A stretch of DNA of 64,000 bases, from assembly GCF_018350175.1 (NCBI RefSeq), contig NC_058368.1, forward strand, positions 172,176,001 through 172,240,000, given 5' to 3'. The notes below the pieces were generated by a model. The model searched no databases. It was not told where the DNA came from and was given only the letters and a program-made list of their open reading frames with translations. Position numbers and translations under genes: made by a program. Numbering within the stretch: the stretch's first letter is position 1; each line of letters opens with the position of its first letter. This document shows, piece after piece, positions 12,471 through 25,608 of this stretch. Source of the DNA: Felis catus. Taxonomy: Eukaryota.

Positions 12471-13968
12471 GGGTCACAAAGGGAGGCATGGGGCAGGGGG
12501 ATAAAGACCTCTAGAGAAGAGCCCATGCCTGTGGTGCTGAGGATGAGGTGGCCCCAGGTAATGACGTTCTGCAGGTGTTAACGTTGGAGCGTGGCTACAT
12601 TTTGCTGGGAGTAGCAGCAAGATGAGCATAACCATCTTTTCTGGCCCAGACTTTCCCGTGACCATGTTTCTTGCCCAGGAAATGCAGCCATGTGTCCACA
12701 GGCGGGCCACTGCTTTTACCTGCGGCTGCGAGGCACTCTGCTTCTAGGAGATCTGGGGAAAGGCCTTCTGTCTGGGCTCTGGGAGTGGAGGGGACGGAAG
12801 GGACGACAGAAATGAAAAGAAATGTCAGTTACCCAAGCTCCGCCCACCTCACGGGTGTGTGTGTGAGGTGAACATTGGTTTTTACCTATGCCCTTTGAGG
12901 CCCTGGCTCAGCAAGTTATTTACATGCTAATCAACTCACAGGTGCACTTTGTACCCCATTAACATCCTGCAGATCCACGTGCATCTACAGAATTCTAAGC
13001 ACAACTTTTGTTATCTGATTGCTATTCTAAATCAGCCAAATATGAAGAATCAGCAGATACAAGTTTAATAAAATAGCACCGTTTAAAATAGTGGCCCTAC
13101 TGACAAAATAGTGAAGATTCTGCTGCTGTTTTGCTCACGGGGGCTCCTGCTCTAAAAAGGACCACAGCTAATTCCCTCTTCATTTATTCTACTCTTTGTA
13201 TGGCTCAAAGCCATTATTAATCCATAGCTGCTAATAACAGGGGTCAACTGGTGCCATCTTTTGTCCTTTCATGGACATGTGCTTCCTACAAGTCTGGAAG
13301 ACTTCTAGAGCCAGGCACATTTTTGCAACTTGGACTTGGCTTTGAACTGAGAAGGCTCCTGGTCAGCACCTGTGGGGGCATAGAGAAGAGCAGGTAGGTA
13401 CATGGTGGAGGTGATAGGAAAGCTTCAGGAAGGTAAGTGTCCTACTGGAGGGGATGAGACGTGGGGTCCACAGGTTGAGAGAGACAGGGGCGTAAGGTGA
13501 AGAGGATGCTCCCGGAAAGATGATTGTCCAGATAAACTTGGACTACAGACTCTGTACAGGAGAAACACCTGAAAACGGGCTAGCAAGCTAATACACAGAC
13601 GATCTCGGATGCCAAGACACTGAAGATGTCTGCAGAGCAACCTGATCGGAAGTGTGCTGCTCAAAGGCATATTTGGTGGCAGAATGCAGGGTGAGCCTAA
13701 CGGCAGAATGACCAATCAGGATGCTACTCCCAGAGTCCTGAGGAGTCGAGGGCTAACCTCAGGAGAAGACAATGCAAATGGTCAGGAATGGCTAGGATTT
13801 TAAGGGAAAGAACCACCTATGCTAACAGGAGGTAGAGAGAGAAACTTCAAAGTTGTAATCCTGGATCATTAGAAAAATATAATTTGTAATAAGTAAGAAT
13901 TCTGAAGAAGAGGCCAATTTCAAAGTGCAGGAGCCAACAGATTACAATTTGTTTTGGACATACCGTGG

Positions 13969-14197
13969 TTTTTTTTTTTTTTTTTTTTTTAATACTTTTG
14001 TTGTTGTTGTTAAGTTAGTTAGAGCATGAGCACGCACGTGCAAGCCAGGGAAGGACAGAGAGGGAGAGAGAATCCCAAGCAGGCTCCATGCTGTCAGTGC
14101 AGAGCCCCACACAGGGCTCGATCTCACAAACTGAGATCATGACCTGAGCTGAGATCAAGAGTTGGACACTTAACTGACTGAGCCACACAGATGCCTC
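13969..14197 (-). mobile_element. Can-SINE
   Basis: Poly-T tail and reverse head. Imperfect TSD tggacat..gtg.tttt. Confidence 0.9.
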
Positions 14198-14763
14198 TGG
14201 ACATGCTGTGTTTTGAGGCTCTAGCATTTTCTCTCTAGCAGAGAGAAATGAGGCTGAGAGAATTTAGGGACCATTTAGAAGGAACAAAGGCATCCGAGTT
14301 GAGGTCATATACCTGGGTGAGTAAGCCATGATCCCTGCCCAAAAGGGACTCTCCTTCTGCAAGGGGTGGCAGGTGAAACAGGGGAAGGGGAGGTTGGAAC
14401 CAGGCACATGAGAAGCAGAGCAATTATGTGTTCTGTGATAGAAGCAAATTCAGGGCACAGGAACCAAAAAACAACAAACAGACCCATTTTATAGACAGAG
14501 TAGAGGCACAGTGACTTGAGTGCTTGGGGTGTGGGGTTAGGTGATGTGAGGGCAGGAGCAGCAGCAGGAGTGAAGTCCCAGAGGCACAACAGAGAATAAG
14601 TGGTCTGGTGTGACTCAGGGTGGCGGTGGGGGCGGGGGGGTGGTGGTGCACATGATAGGAGGTGAGGGTGGAGAATCAGGCAGGGGTCAGATCACACACT
14701 GGCTAAGGAATTTGGACACCGACGACTGTGAGTCACTGGAAGGTTTTAAGTAACCAGGAGAAC

Positions 14764-15342
14764 TGGGTAGAATTCTAAAATGGCCCCCAAGATCACAGGC
14801 GTGAATAGACACACCTTCAACACACCAGTGATTCAATCAAAACTAACCTAGGTGCTGCTGTGAGAGATTTTTGCAGATGTAATTAAGACCCCAAACAGCT
14901 GATCTTTTAAGATAAGAAGATTATTCTGGGTAGACCTGACCTAATTAGGTGAGCCCTCAAAAGGGGCCGGGCTCTTCCTGGAAAAGATTTAAAGCAGGAA
15001 AGGGATTTGATGAGTGGGGAGGTTCTCCTTGCTGACTTTCAGAATGGAAGTGCAGAAGGTATTTCAGAGGCCTCTAGGAGTCGAGTTATCACTGGCCAAC
15101 AACCAGCAAGAAAATGCAAGGTGAGCCCTACAGCCACAAAGAACTGACCTGCCAACAGACAGAAGGAGTTGGAGGCAGATTCTTCCCGAGAGCCTCAGAT
15201 GAGAGCATGGCCCTAAGCGAGAGTAGCCAGTCATGCTGTGCCTGGTATTTCTGACCCACACACAACACGAGCTAATAAATGGGTGTGGTCTTAAACCACT
15301 AAGCTTGTGATGATTTGTTACATGGCAACAGAACGCTGATGC
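14764..15342 (+). mobile_element. MaLR LTR (MLT1E-like)
   Basis: Motifs 'aattctaaaatggcccccaag', 'tttgcagatgtaattaag' and 'aataaatgggtgtggtcttaaaccactaag...tttgttacatggcaa'. Confidence 0.8.
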
Positions 15343-18300
15343 AGGGTAACCATCAGATTTGCATCTCACAAAGTCACTTGGTGAGGCCCAAAGACCCCCG
15401 CCCAACTCCGCTGCGGCATTCTCGAGCACACACACGTGCTCCGGAGTCTCCTTCCTTGGACCCGTTCCTCACGGATCTGCTCCTGCACAGCACCCTTCTC
15501 CAGCCAGCTCTCCCATTCTCAACCAACTCCAGTTTGAATGACTGGCCACCTTGCTTTCAAACATCTTTTCCTGGTTCTTGTGTCACTCCTGCAGGTAGGT
15601 GTGTCGAGGTCTGTCATCTGGAATTCTTTGCCTCCTGCCTTGCACGCACACTGGCAGGCCCACGGGCCAGAGAGAATAGGAGGGGTTCCCGCTCCATCTC
15701 GATGAACTCTGAGACATTGCCTCCTGCACCCACTCCTTCCTGCCAGCTCCACTCCCAATTGGGACACATCCAGGTCCCCCAGATCTGGTGTCTCATGACC
15801 ACACCAGTCAGGTGGGGCCCACCTGCCCTAGATGTCTCCTCTCAGGGATCTGATATGCAGCTCTTCTCCAAACTGCAGTGGGCTCGTTACTCATCAGAGA
15901 GAGAAAAGGATGTCTAGGTGCATCTCTGCTTGATGAGTCGGGCACATCTGGTCCCTGGACAGAGTGGCCACGGTCATGTGTGGATGACACCTTTAGGTGG
16001 CATTTTACAGAATGATCTGGCACACGTGCATGCACAGGTGGTAGATTCCAGTTCCCTACAGGGCTCAGCAGCGCCCCTCGGGGGCCTGGGACTAGATGCC
16101 CCCAGCAGGGTGGCCGGCTTCTGCAGGTGGCTGTGTCGGAGCCGGAGCCAGGTCCTGATCTCCCCAGGTGGGGTCTTGCCCTGCTTGGGGGCCTAGTGAC
16201 AGGTGGATGTGCAATCGTCTGAGGTGGTCACCATGTCACAAGCCCCATTCTTGTTATCTAGCACTGAAGAGCACAGTATCCCTACCTTTTAACCAACAGG
16301 ACCCAGGGTCTGTGCGTTTGAGGAAGTTTGCCCCCCGGACCCCAGCACTTCATTTGCCCTCAGCATCTGCTAGACAGATGCACAGTCATGTACCAGGGGC
16401 ACAGATGTTCCTCTCTGGCCAGACCATGCACACTACAGTGGGCAGAGTCTTCAAGTGTGGGCGCCCATACATGTGAGCTCAGCTCACACTCATCTGTTAG
16501 CACTTCTGCCAGCACACGGCTGGGGGGGGGGGGGGGGGGTCGGCAGCAGAGAAGGTAAAAGCGCACAAATGTCCCACTGCCTCCCTGTGTGACCTTGGGA
16601 AACTACTCAGCCTTGCTGTGCTAGTCCCCAGCCCACCCCCATCACATGGAGAGCAATGCCTGCTCCTCACTGCCTCCCAAGAATATGATGGAGACGAAAC
16701 AGCCTCTCTTCTCAGCTGTGCTCAGGTCCCGAAGGCAGGCTACGCAAACACCATGTAAGTACAGAGAGTCATTTCTGAAAATACATTCTCGACTGCATTT
16801 TTACAGTTCACTTCTTCGGTGTAAAGGCCATTCACTTCCATTTTACTAGGACAAGAGCAAGAGAGGGATCTGAGAGGAAGCAGGGTTTCGTGGCACACAG
16901 CTTGTGTGGACCACAGCAAAAACAAGGTGCCCTGATAAGAAAACTTCTGTGCAAGACTGGAAACCTGGTCATCCAGATGGGGTTTTATGGTAATGCTGGT
17001 GCCAGTAAAGCACAATGAATGTTCGTGCAAGTGGAGGGAACGAAATCAGACCAGATGGGAGTTACACAGTCAACGTGTGATTGTCTGGAGTCTTGGTTTG
17101 ATTCCAAACAGAAGGTTGGGAGAAGACCCAAGAGGGTGGGGGTTGGGTGGGGAAGGACTGATGGAGGCTGACACCCAGCAAGGTGGCTGGCAGGGAGACT
17201 TGCCTGGGGCAGTGACCTAGAACCAGCAAGACACCTACCTTCCTGAGAGGTTTCTCCTCAAAAAAAGACCGCTGCTTAGCCCATCTCCCAAGCCCCTCTC
17301 TACCCCCGCTCTGTGCAGCCTGGATGCCTGGGCCCACAACTTTGTTGTTTGCAACCATCCTTCTTCCAAGGGAGAGATATTGCTGAAAATAGAGGGCAGA
17401 TTCCCTCAGCTAACTTCCACCACTAGTTCGGCAGTGATCTAAGAGCTTCAAAGAAGATGTGAGCTTCCACTTGATTTTTAAAAATAAAAACACCCCCAAA
17501 ACCTCAGCTCTCAGGTTATTCGTGTTATATACCCTCATGAAATGATTATTCCAGTTCCTAAGCTATATTTACAGTATAATGACGTTATTTTCCTTTTTCC
17601 TGTAGTCCTGTGGGTTCTTTCTTGGCTCCATCTATCTGGGTCTTGATTAGAAATCCATGCTAACCAACTTTCGGCTGGTGATTGGAAGCCTGTCGTGACT
17701 GACAGAACAAATGAAGTCTCTCTCTGTTTAGTCAGCAGAACCTGCATCCTCCTTGTGCCAGCAAAGGCCTTGGGGGTTTGGGGAATGTGAAAATTGAGAA
17801 TACAATATCCAAATGGCTCCCAGTTGGAAGCGGGGAGTGGATTCGCATCCCATGTTTCTGGCACAGTCAAGTCATTAGGATTTGTTGTGGGCATTTTCCT
17901 TGGGCTGCTTTTCTCCTCCCACCTCAAGCAAAGCAATTACAATTTCACCTCATGGCCAGAGGGGCTGGCAATGTGAAAACGGAGCCATTAAGGCTTGGAA
18001 GGGGAGATGAAACGGGACAGTGAGTAAATCAGGAGGGTAGTGAAGTTCCCCACAAGGCAGCCTTCCATCCCCCCCACGCCCCATGCTTGGAGGCCACACT
18101 GTAACATAAACAGCCCCAGCTGGGTCAGCACAGCAGCCTGAAAGTCTACTGTAGCCGTCCCCTCTGACCCCCAAGTGCCCAGAAATGACAGGAAACCCAT
18201 TTTTTAAAAGTCCTCAAGCATGTCAAGAAAGCAAGGAGTGCTCTTTGTATACCAGAAACCATGAGCAATCATAAAAAATGAAAGGCAGGTTTTTTTCCTT

Positions 18301-18774
18301 ATTGGAAAGGGAAACAACGCAAAATGCACAGAGAAGAAAAGCTGCTACAAAAGGAGGGAGGGGATTCTGAGGAGCTCCAACTGGAAGCGCCAGCCATCTG
18401 GACAGGAGGGGACCAGACAGTCGGGCCACATATGCAGCCAGACAGCTGTTGTCAGCCGGGAAACAGGAAGCCCAGAAGTTGGGCTTGTGACCCCAGACGG
18501 AGAGTCGCAAAACTCCACTCTAAAAAGAACTTACGTGTGAGGAAACAGAGTTAATACAGCAGACAAAATAATGTCTTAGAATGTCTAATAAATATCCTCA
18601 GATAGCCTCATCTTGTTAAAAAAGAGAGGATAGTTTTCATCACCCAAATAAAAAAAGAGATTATCGATTTCATCACCCAAATAGGAAAACTCAGCATGGA
18701 AGCCAGACACAATGGGTGTAGCTTAGAATCCATTTGTGAGCTGGAAAACTGAGTGGAAGAACCTCTTCGGAAGG

Positions 18775-19312
18775 GCTACGTGAGCTCCTGTGCACTTGAC
18801 ACTTGGTTTGAATTTGAGATGTGCTGTGAGTGTAAAATAGATACTATATTTGAAGACTTAGTGAAGGAAAAGGAAGAAGGAGAAGAGGAGGAGGAAAGAG
18901 AAGAGCAAGAAGAAGAAGAAGAAGAAGAAGAAGAAGAAGAAGAAGAAGAAGAGGAGGAGGAGGAGGAGGAGGAGGAGGGGGAGGGGGAGGAGGAGGAGGA
19001 GGGGGAGGGGGAGGAGGAGGAGGAGGGGGAGGAGGAGGAGGAGGGGGAGGAGGGGGAGGAGGAGGGGGAGGAGGAGGAGGAGGGGGAGGAGGGGGAGGAG
19101 GGGGAGGAGGGGGAGGAGGGGGAGGAGGGGGAGGGGGAGGGAAAACTATCTTAATACATCTTTTAAAAAAATACTCTACACGTTGAAATATTTTGGATAC
19201 ACTAGGTTAAATAAAGTGGATTTACTGCTTTCTTTTTACTTTTGGAGTGTGGCTACTAGAAAATGTTAAATTTCCTAGGTGGCTTGCATTCCATGCCTAC
19301 TGGATAGCGCTG
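18775..19312 (-). mobile_element. MER33 containing an expanded GA-rich repeat
   Basis: Sequence before the repeat ('gagatgtgctgtgagtgtaaaat...tttgaagacttagt') and after it ('gttgaaatattttggata...gtggctactagaaaat...ggatagcgctg') is colinear with MER33. Confidence 0.78.
18863..19145 (+). repeat. Compound polypurine repeat: (GAA)14 (GAG)9, then GGG/GAG higher-order units
   Basis: 283 bp of purines with a single C at 18906. GAA at 18909-18950, GAG at 18951-18977. Confidence 0.97.
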
Positions 19313-19848
19313 CAAAAGGATGGCGGGAATATGCAACGTTATGATCTGGGAGAGAGATCTGGAGGAGTCAGCACCCTCCTTGCAGGAAGAGAGGAAGAAG
19401 GGAGGGGTAGAAACACTGCAACAGTAGAGAAAAAATGTCCAGGACTGAATAAATACACATATGAAGACTTCTTGAAAGAGCCAATGATGCTGAAAGGCAG
19501 TATTCCCCCTGACGATGCCTGTTTGATCATCACCATTTGACACTGTCCTGAAGATTCTAGTCAATACAACAGCACAACAAAAAAGCAAAGACATTTTCTA
19601 CTCGCTGATGAAATGACTGCCTATATTCTGTCCCCTGCCACTCCCCTTTCCAGAGGCCTGGCACCAGCAGGGCTTCTCCATGTTGAGCCTCCAAGGCCTG
19701 GGTAAAAGTGGACATACCAGCACATACTCTTTCCCGGGCCAGTCTGTAATGACCCACGAAGAGCTGACATGAGCAGCCAAGAGAACTGAGAAGAAAGCCA
19801 TTGCTTCCGGAATAAAATGCTCACTGGGGTCACGGGAAGGGTGCTTAC

Positions 19849-19949
19849 CGACGGATGGCATTGGCGAACTCGGCAGCCAGATCACTGTCGCTACATGATG
19901 TCCTCAGTTCAGCCAGTGACAGAGCTGGGGAGGCGGCATCAGCACACTC
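19849..19949 (-). CDS. MCC: MCC coding exon: ECADAASPALSLAELRTSCSDSDLAAEFANAIR(R)
   Basis: 101 nt, phase 0/2. Acceptor cctcccag, donor CG|GTAAGC. Lies within ORF 19845..20123. Confidence 0.96.
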
Positions 19950-20122
19950 CTGGGAGGATGGGGGAGGCAGTAAACACATTCTGGTTAGACCTGGAGTCAA
20001 GCCTGAGCACACACCGGAAGCACAAGGCAGCTCTGCCCCACTTCTTGGGACCTTTGTAGGCTGGCCGGTGGGCGAGGGGGACTCCCAGTGTTCTCTGAGC
20101 ACTCCACACACATGTTCTCCCA

Positions 20123-20288
20123 CTTAATCATCGTGGTGACCCTTTGAGGCAGATACAGTCATTATCCCCATTTACCAAGGAGAAAACTAAGGCACAGAGA
20201 AGTTACGTTGCCCCTAAGTAACCAGCTAGGACACGGTGGAAGCAGCAAACCCAGGTCAGCTGGCTCCAGGTCTGTGCTCTTCACCACC
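20123..20288. mobile_element. MIR
   Basis: Core 'attatccccattt...gagaaaactaaggcacagagaagtt'. Confidence 0.8.
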
Positions 20289-20481
20289 GGGTTAAGCCTC
20301 TGGTGACTCGTAAAAGACAAGTGGGAAATACACCTGAGTTTCCTTGCTCCCCTCCCCCAACTCACTTCTTGGGAGAAAACCAATCTTCTCTAGATTTAGG
20401 GGCTTTAGTGGGTTCAGTGTCATCACCTAGAAAACCCAGGAAAAAAGGAAGAAAACAGAAGTGCACCCTCCATGTTTGTCC

Positions 20482-20677
20482 TTTTTAATTTTTAAGTTTA
20501 TTTATTTTGAGAGAAAGAAAGTACAAGTTGGGGAGGAGCAGAGAGAGAGGGAGAGAGAGAATCCCAAGCAGGCTCTGCACTGTTAGCACAGAGCCCAACA
20601 CAGGGCTCGAACTCACGAACCACGAGATCACGACCTGAGCCGAAGTCAGATGCTTAACTGAGCCACCCGGGCACCCC
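20482..20677 (-). mobile_element. Can-SINE
   Basis: T-rich tail, (GA)n tract and reverse head 'gagccacccgggcacccc'. Confidence 0.92.
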
Positions 20678-21549
20678 TGTCCCCCCCCCCCCCTTTTTTT
20701 TTAATTTAAGTAAAGTTGGAACATGTTACATTAGTTTCAGTTGTGACCCCACTCAACCTTAGACAGGATCTTAACCTTAGACAGGAAACTTGGCATCATC
20801 TAAACCCAATCCTCTCGTTTTATAGACGAGGAAGCACAAGAGCCAGAACTCCTAAATCCTAAACTGAGTTAGGACTACTCACAAAGCAATCATCACACCC
20901 TCTGAGCACTCTACTTTCCTGTGTGGAGACAGGGGTCAGCAGCTACATAACCAAGTGCCTGGAAGGCCCTCATCTGACCACCTGCTCAGCAGACCTTTAC
21001 TGCACCCCAGGCTGAGAATGAAAAGCTTGTAGTCTGTTGCAGGGGACGGCATGTAAACAAAGTTATATCATGATTGGAGGCAAACCACAACGAAGTATGA
21101 CCTGGGCACTAGGAGTCCAGATGACCAGAGGGCACAGGGTCCCCTCAGCACTCTCCAGCCCAGGGACCACACCCAGAAGGCCTCTGCAGCGGCACCGCCA
21201 GCCTCGGAACGATTCCCACCACCTGCACTGCCTTCCCTGCCCCTCTCCACCTTGCTCCTGCAGACCCAAGCCTCCATCTACCAGCCCTGGGAGCTGCTGA
21301 GATTCCAACACCCTCTCTTTTCGTGAATCAGCAACCACGCGAACATTTCATAAGACTACCTGGTGCCTCTCACCGAACATGTTTGGTAGTTAGTCTCTGT
21401 TGCAGCGAGAGAGAGAGACAAGTGCTGCAAAAACTGCAACTTAAAACTGCTCCCAACAAAAACCGCTCCAAATCTGCAACTTAGTAAGATTTGGAACCCA
21501 GGTTGCTGGCTGGAGAGAAGTTTCAGAATAAGCACAACACCCACCCTAC

Positions 21550-22090
21550 GTAGCCAGCATGGATGCTCTAGATCCAAACCTGGCTTGCCACCTGTTTTTA
21601 TAAGGCCTGCAGTCTAAGTGTTGTTTTCTAGTTTTTTTTTTTTTAATGTTTATTTTTGAGAGAGAGAAAGAGACAGAGCCCAAGAGGGGGAGGGGCAGAG
21701 AGACATGGAGACACAGAATCCCAAGCAGGCTCCAGACTCTGAGCTGTCAGCACAGAGCCTGATGTGGGGCTTGAACCCACGAACCACAAGTTCATGACCT
21801 GAGCCAAAGTTGGATGCTTAACCGACTGAGCCACTCAGGCACTCTGCATTGCTTTCTATTTTTAAAATCATGAAAAACAGAGTATTTTGTGATGTGTAGA
21901 AATTACAGGAAATTTCAATACCCATAAATGAAGTGTTATTGGAACACAGCCCACACCCCTCTGTGTCTGCGTGTTCTCTGCTTTCACGCTGCAGTTCTAA
22001 AACGGCAAAGTTAAGTACTTGCGGAGGAGTCTGTGTGACCTGAAAATTGTAAAATAGTGACTTCTGGCTCTTCACAATTAGGCAACCCCT
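21550..22090. mobile_element. MER58-like hAT element, interrupted by a SINE
   Basis: Motifs 'ccacctgtttttataaggcctg', 'gttattggaacacagcc' and 'ggcaaagttaagtacttg'. Confidence 0.65.
21632..21844 (-). mobile_element. Can-SINE
   Basis: Full reverse SINE. Imperfect TSD ttg(t/c)tttcta. Confidence 0.92.
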
Positions 22091-24086
22091 CTTATAGACC
22101 GCCCACCTCATTTACCGACAAACAAGACCAAATCAATAGCCCAGAAGGGAGATTTCATTGAAATAGTAAATGGATCTAATATTTGAAAGACAAGATAATC
22201 AGCTTACAATAATTGCATTACCTGAATAACACAAGGTACTGTTGGATAAAGCTTCTTACTCCAATGTAAAAAAAAAAAAAAAAAAAAAAAAAGAAAATTA
22301 AAAATAAAACCATCTGGCCTTTTTGTGTCAGATTTCTGTACTTTGAAGCCATTCCACAAAATATAGCGCTTCCCTCAGTCAAAATAAACACCAAGAACTA
22401 GGAGGAAATGCTCAGCTCATGGGCCTTCTGGCAAGAACGCGCTAAGTCCATTTCCACCACACCCTAAGAACACACAGGCGAACACTGGAGCTCTGTCAGC
22501 TCCGTCCCGAAGTGACTGGTGACAAACTCAAACGGCTCTACAAAGATTTTTAAGGTGTTGACACAGAATGGGAAACCCCATTTTCTTGAGCCCCAGATAT
22601 TACTATATGAAACTCTTCACAGGCCGCTGCCCTCCCCCCAGGCTCGACTCCCCAGGCACTGGGCAGATGGTTTCCTCGGGCATCCACACAGTGACCTTCC
22701 CTAAGCCCAGCCTGTGTACATCACACCCTACTGCAAAGCTTCCAGTGATTTCTCACTGTCCTCAGGACAGCACAGTAGGCTTCAGCCAAATCAAATCCTC
22801 TTCCCCCTGGGGGTCTTTGTCCTTGGCGTTCCGTTGACTTTACAGTGGACCGACCTCTCGGCCCCAGCCCTCTTCCTCAAGTTAGCGCCCACTGTCCACT
22901 GGGTCCCAGTTCAGGAAACCTGTCCCAAATCTCCACATCTGGGTTCCGTGTTGGGTCTGTGCCCTTCCATCGCACTGGGAATTGATCCTCGGCCTTAGGT
23001 CACCGTGTGACGATCACCTGTGTCCCTCTCTGGAATGTAAACCCCTGAAACTGCCTCCAGTCCCCATCAGGACCCACTCACATCTATCACATGAAGGGAT
23101 GACTGGAAAGCAGCCAGGTCTTGGGAGAGGTGGCCCAGCTGGGTGCCACGGCCATGAACTCCCTTCGCTCTCTTCTTAGGTGAGAGGTGGGCGGAGTGTA
23201 GTGGTGGCCCTTTGTGAAGCATGCTCCAAAGTTCTTAGTTGTTTAGGCAGGGACCATTCACTGCCACACCAATCAGCAAGTTGCTTCCTTTCCAGGTACT
23301 AACTCTCTCAGGGACACCCCTCCATTTGGGCTGTGAGATGCCATTCATTAGACTGACAAGTCAACATATGTCTCCATGTCCTGGGCCGGAAACAAACTGG
23401 GGTCTGGAGAAGCTAGCATTTATTAGGAATAGAAAGTAGGACGTAGAAAACAGAGGTTCACTACCCTGGGGTGAGGGATGTAATTCTTTAGGGTCCAGAG
23501 TATTTTTTTCTCCAATGCAATATTTGGAATAATTCTGAGATACAGTATGATGGAATGAGCTTGGATTCTAGAGAAAAAGACTTCTGGGCTCACGGGAATG
23601 CGAGTTTGAGAGATGACACCACCTGACCGCCCACACTCTGTGACACTCTCTACGTGATCCAGTGCTTGCCTTCCTACTCATTTGCCTCAGCTGCTTCCGG
23701 CTTCCCGCCTCACCCACGGTGGAAATGCCAAGCTGGGGTGGCAACACGGATGAGAGGGGGGAGGACGGTGAGCCAAATCTGGGTTAAATCCCAATTCTGC
23801 CACTTATCAGCTGTGAGACCCCTGACTTCATGTGAGCCTCATTTCCCTCATGTAAATGGGGGTACCTACTCCTTCAGAGATGAGATTTACAGGAGGCAGC
23901 AAATGCAATGATCAGTTCAGATGTGACCAACAGGCGATGGCCGCTGTGCGAGGTGGGGGAGCCAAGGAGGCAGCCCGGTACCAGACCACTGGACGCCAGC
24001 ACAGATCACTCCGCTCATCAGACTATGGCATATGAAAATGCTTTCACTAGTACATAAAGTGCAATTTTTAAAAACGTGGATCTGAC

Positions 24087-24285
24087 GTACACCTGGGTGG
24101 CTCAGTTGGTTAAGCATCTGACTCTGGTTCAGGTCGTGATCTCATGGTTCGTAAGTTCGAGCCCCGCATTGGTCAGGTACTGTGCCGTCAGTGCGGAGCC
24201 TGCTTTGGATCTTCTGTCCCCTGTCTCTCTGCCCCTCCCTGCTTACACTCTCTCAAAAATAAATAAAACATTAAAAAAAAAAAAA
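24087..24285 (+). mobile_element. Can-SINE, about 160 bp from an MCC donor site
   Basis: Head 'cacctgggtggctcagttgg' and A tail. TSD aaaa.gtggat.tg. Confidence 0.9.
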
Positions 24286-24447
24286 GTGGATTTGGTTTTT
24301 TTGCACCCAAAACGTTACCTTCTTTAAGGTATCTAGAATAGCTTGTAGTCCTCACGCAAATAAGGAAATTGAGGCTGTGGGGCAGTGAGGGGTGGCGGTG
24401 GTCACTGGGTGGGAAGGGCCCCAGGGGTCCCCGTGCCTTCGTCCTAC

Positions 24448-24654
24448 CTTGCCGGGCTTGTCTTTGCCACCGCTGCTGGTGGAACTGAGGGATCGCATGC
24501 GCTGCTCCTTCTGCTCCTCCACCTCGGACTTCAGGTGCTCGATGTGCACCAGGTAGGCCTGCTCCTGGGCCTCCCGCGTGCTCAGCTTCAGCTCCAGCGC
24601 CTTCTTCTCCTTCTCCAGGAGGTAGAGCTGGGCCTTCAGCTCGGCCATCTCCTC
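24448..24654 (-). CDS. MCC: MCC coding exon: EEMAELKAQLYLLEKEKKALELKLSTREAQEQAYLVHIEHLKSEVEEQKEQRMRSLSSTSSGGKDKPGK (coiled coil)
   Basis: 207 nt, phase 0/0. Acceptor ctccgtag, donor AAG|GTAGGA. Confidence 0.97.
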
Positions 24655-25143
24655 CTACGGAGCACACATGGTGTGAGGCACCCACGCTGTGAGAGCAGGG
24701 CCAGGTGTGGGAAAGCAGGCGAGTGACAAGGGGCCCTGAGGGTGTGACCCCCAGCCCTGCGATGGAGTTACCACTTTGCAGCTGGGACAAGATGACTGGG
24801 AGGAAATAAGCCAGCTGTCTCTACCATCTGAAGGACTGATGTGGGGACAAAGCCATGTGCTTTGTCATTCTGCAGACCAGAACTGAGATGAATGAAGGAG
24901 TTACAGGCAAGCAGAGTTTTGGTTCATTCTAAGAACCTAGTAACTGGAACACACGTCCCCTGCTGCCCCTCACCCCCCTCAGTGGGCACACCAGGCTTGC
25001 TGGAAACCACTCTTCCGGCACGCACAGGCTGCGCTTGTCAAAGAGGTTGTGAGGGAGGGGCATCCACACAAGGCTGGGCCTGGCTAGTTCCCCACCAATT
25101 CCCACTCCCTTTCCCTTTTCCATGGCACCAATCCACATATTCA

Positions 25144-25158
25144 ATGCCCCCTGGTGGC
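25144..25158 (-). promoter_or_regulatory. Candidate CTCF site
   Basis: Minus strand reads GCCACCAGGGGGCAT, matching the core CCASYAGRKGGCR. Confidence 0.5.
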
Positions 25159-25374
25159 ACCCTTGGCACCCTGCAGCTGAGCCAGGGTATCACCTCAGCT
25201 CTTGTCTACCTCAGGAGGCCCAAATAAAATCACTAGAAACTGCGTCCTTCAGAGGTGACTACTCATTAGATAGCTTTGCAAAGTATCTTAGAGAACTCAA
25301 ATTAGAGTTTTCTGGGGAGACAAACAAGTAACTCCAAAACAGGGAAATGCTACCTTGGGACCAGCAGCCAGAAA

Positions 25375-25608
25375 ACAATAGCCACCAGCACTTACTGAGC
25401 ATGTAATGCTGCTTTAAAGGTTTATACAAAGTAACCCATTTAATTCTTCCAACCTGAGATAGATATTATGAGCATCTCCATACTTGGATGAGAAACTGAG
25501 GCACACAGACAGAAATCCACCTGCCCGCAATTACTGCATAAATTTGTAGCCAGAGTTTGAACCCAGGCTGTCTGGCTCAGAGCCTAGGCTCTTAACCACT
25601 AAGCTACA
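25375..25608. mobile_element. MIR, near full length
   Basis: 'cacttactgagc...atgagaaactgaggcac...tttgaacccaggctgtctggctc...tcttaaccact'. Confidence 0.85.

Noticed and set aside
15315..15917. 200-aa plus-strand ORF
   Set aside because: It overlaps the end of an MLT1 and L2-like fragments, and shows no recognisable domain or splice context.
18617..18683. About 33-bp imperfect tandem duplication (…TTTCATCACCCAAATA twice); similar short duplications near 20755-20788 and 25710-25735
   Set aside because: Ordinary slippage-type duplications with no further structure.
18753..19154. 133-aa Glu/Gly-rich ORF resembling RPGR ORF15 or acidic proteins such as prothymosin
   Set aside because: It starts at GTG, is antisense in an intron, and both non-repetitive flanks are MER33 sequence. 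The peptide is just the translation of a GAA/GAG microsatellite.
24652..24657. Possible NAGNAG acceptor (TAG|GAG)
   Set aside because: GAG is a very poor acceptor and the sequence gives no support for its use.
24188..24790. 200-aa minus-strand ORF and the antisense ORF 24385..24726
   Set aside because: These are alternative-frame or antisense shadows of a GC-rich MCC exon; the longer one runs into a SINE.
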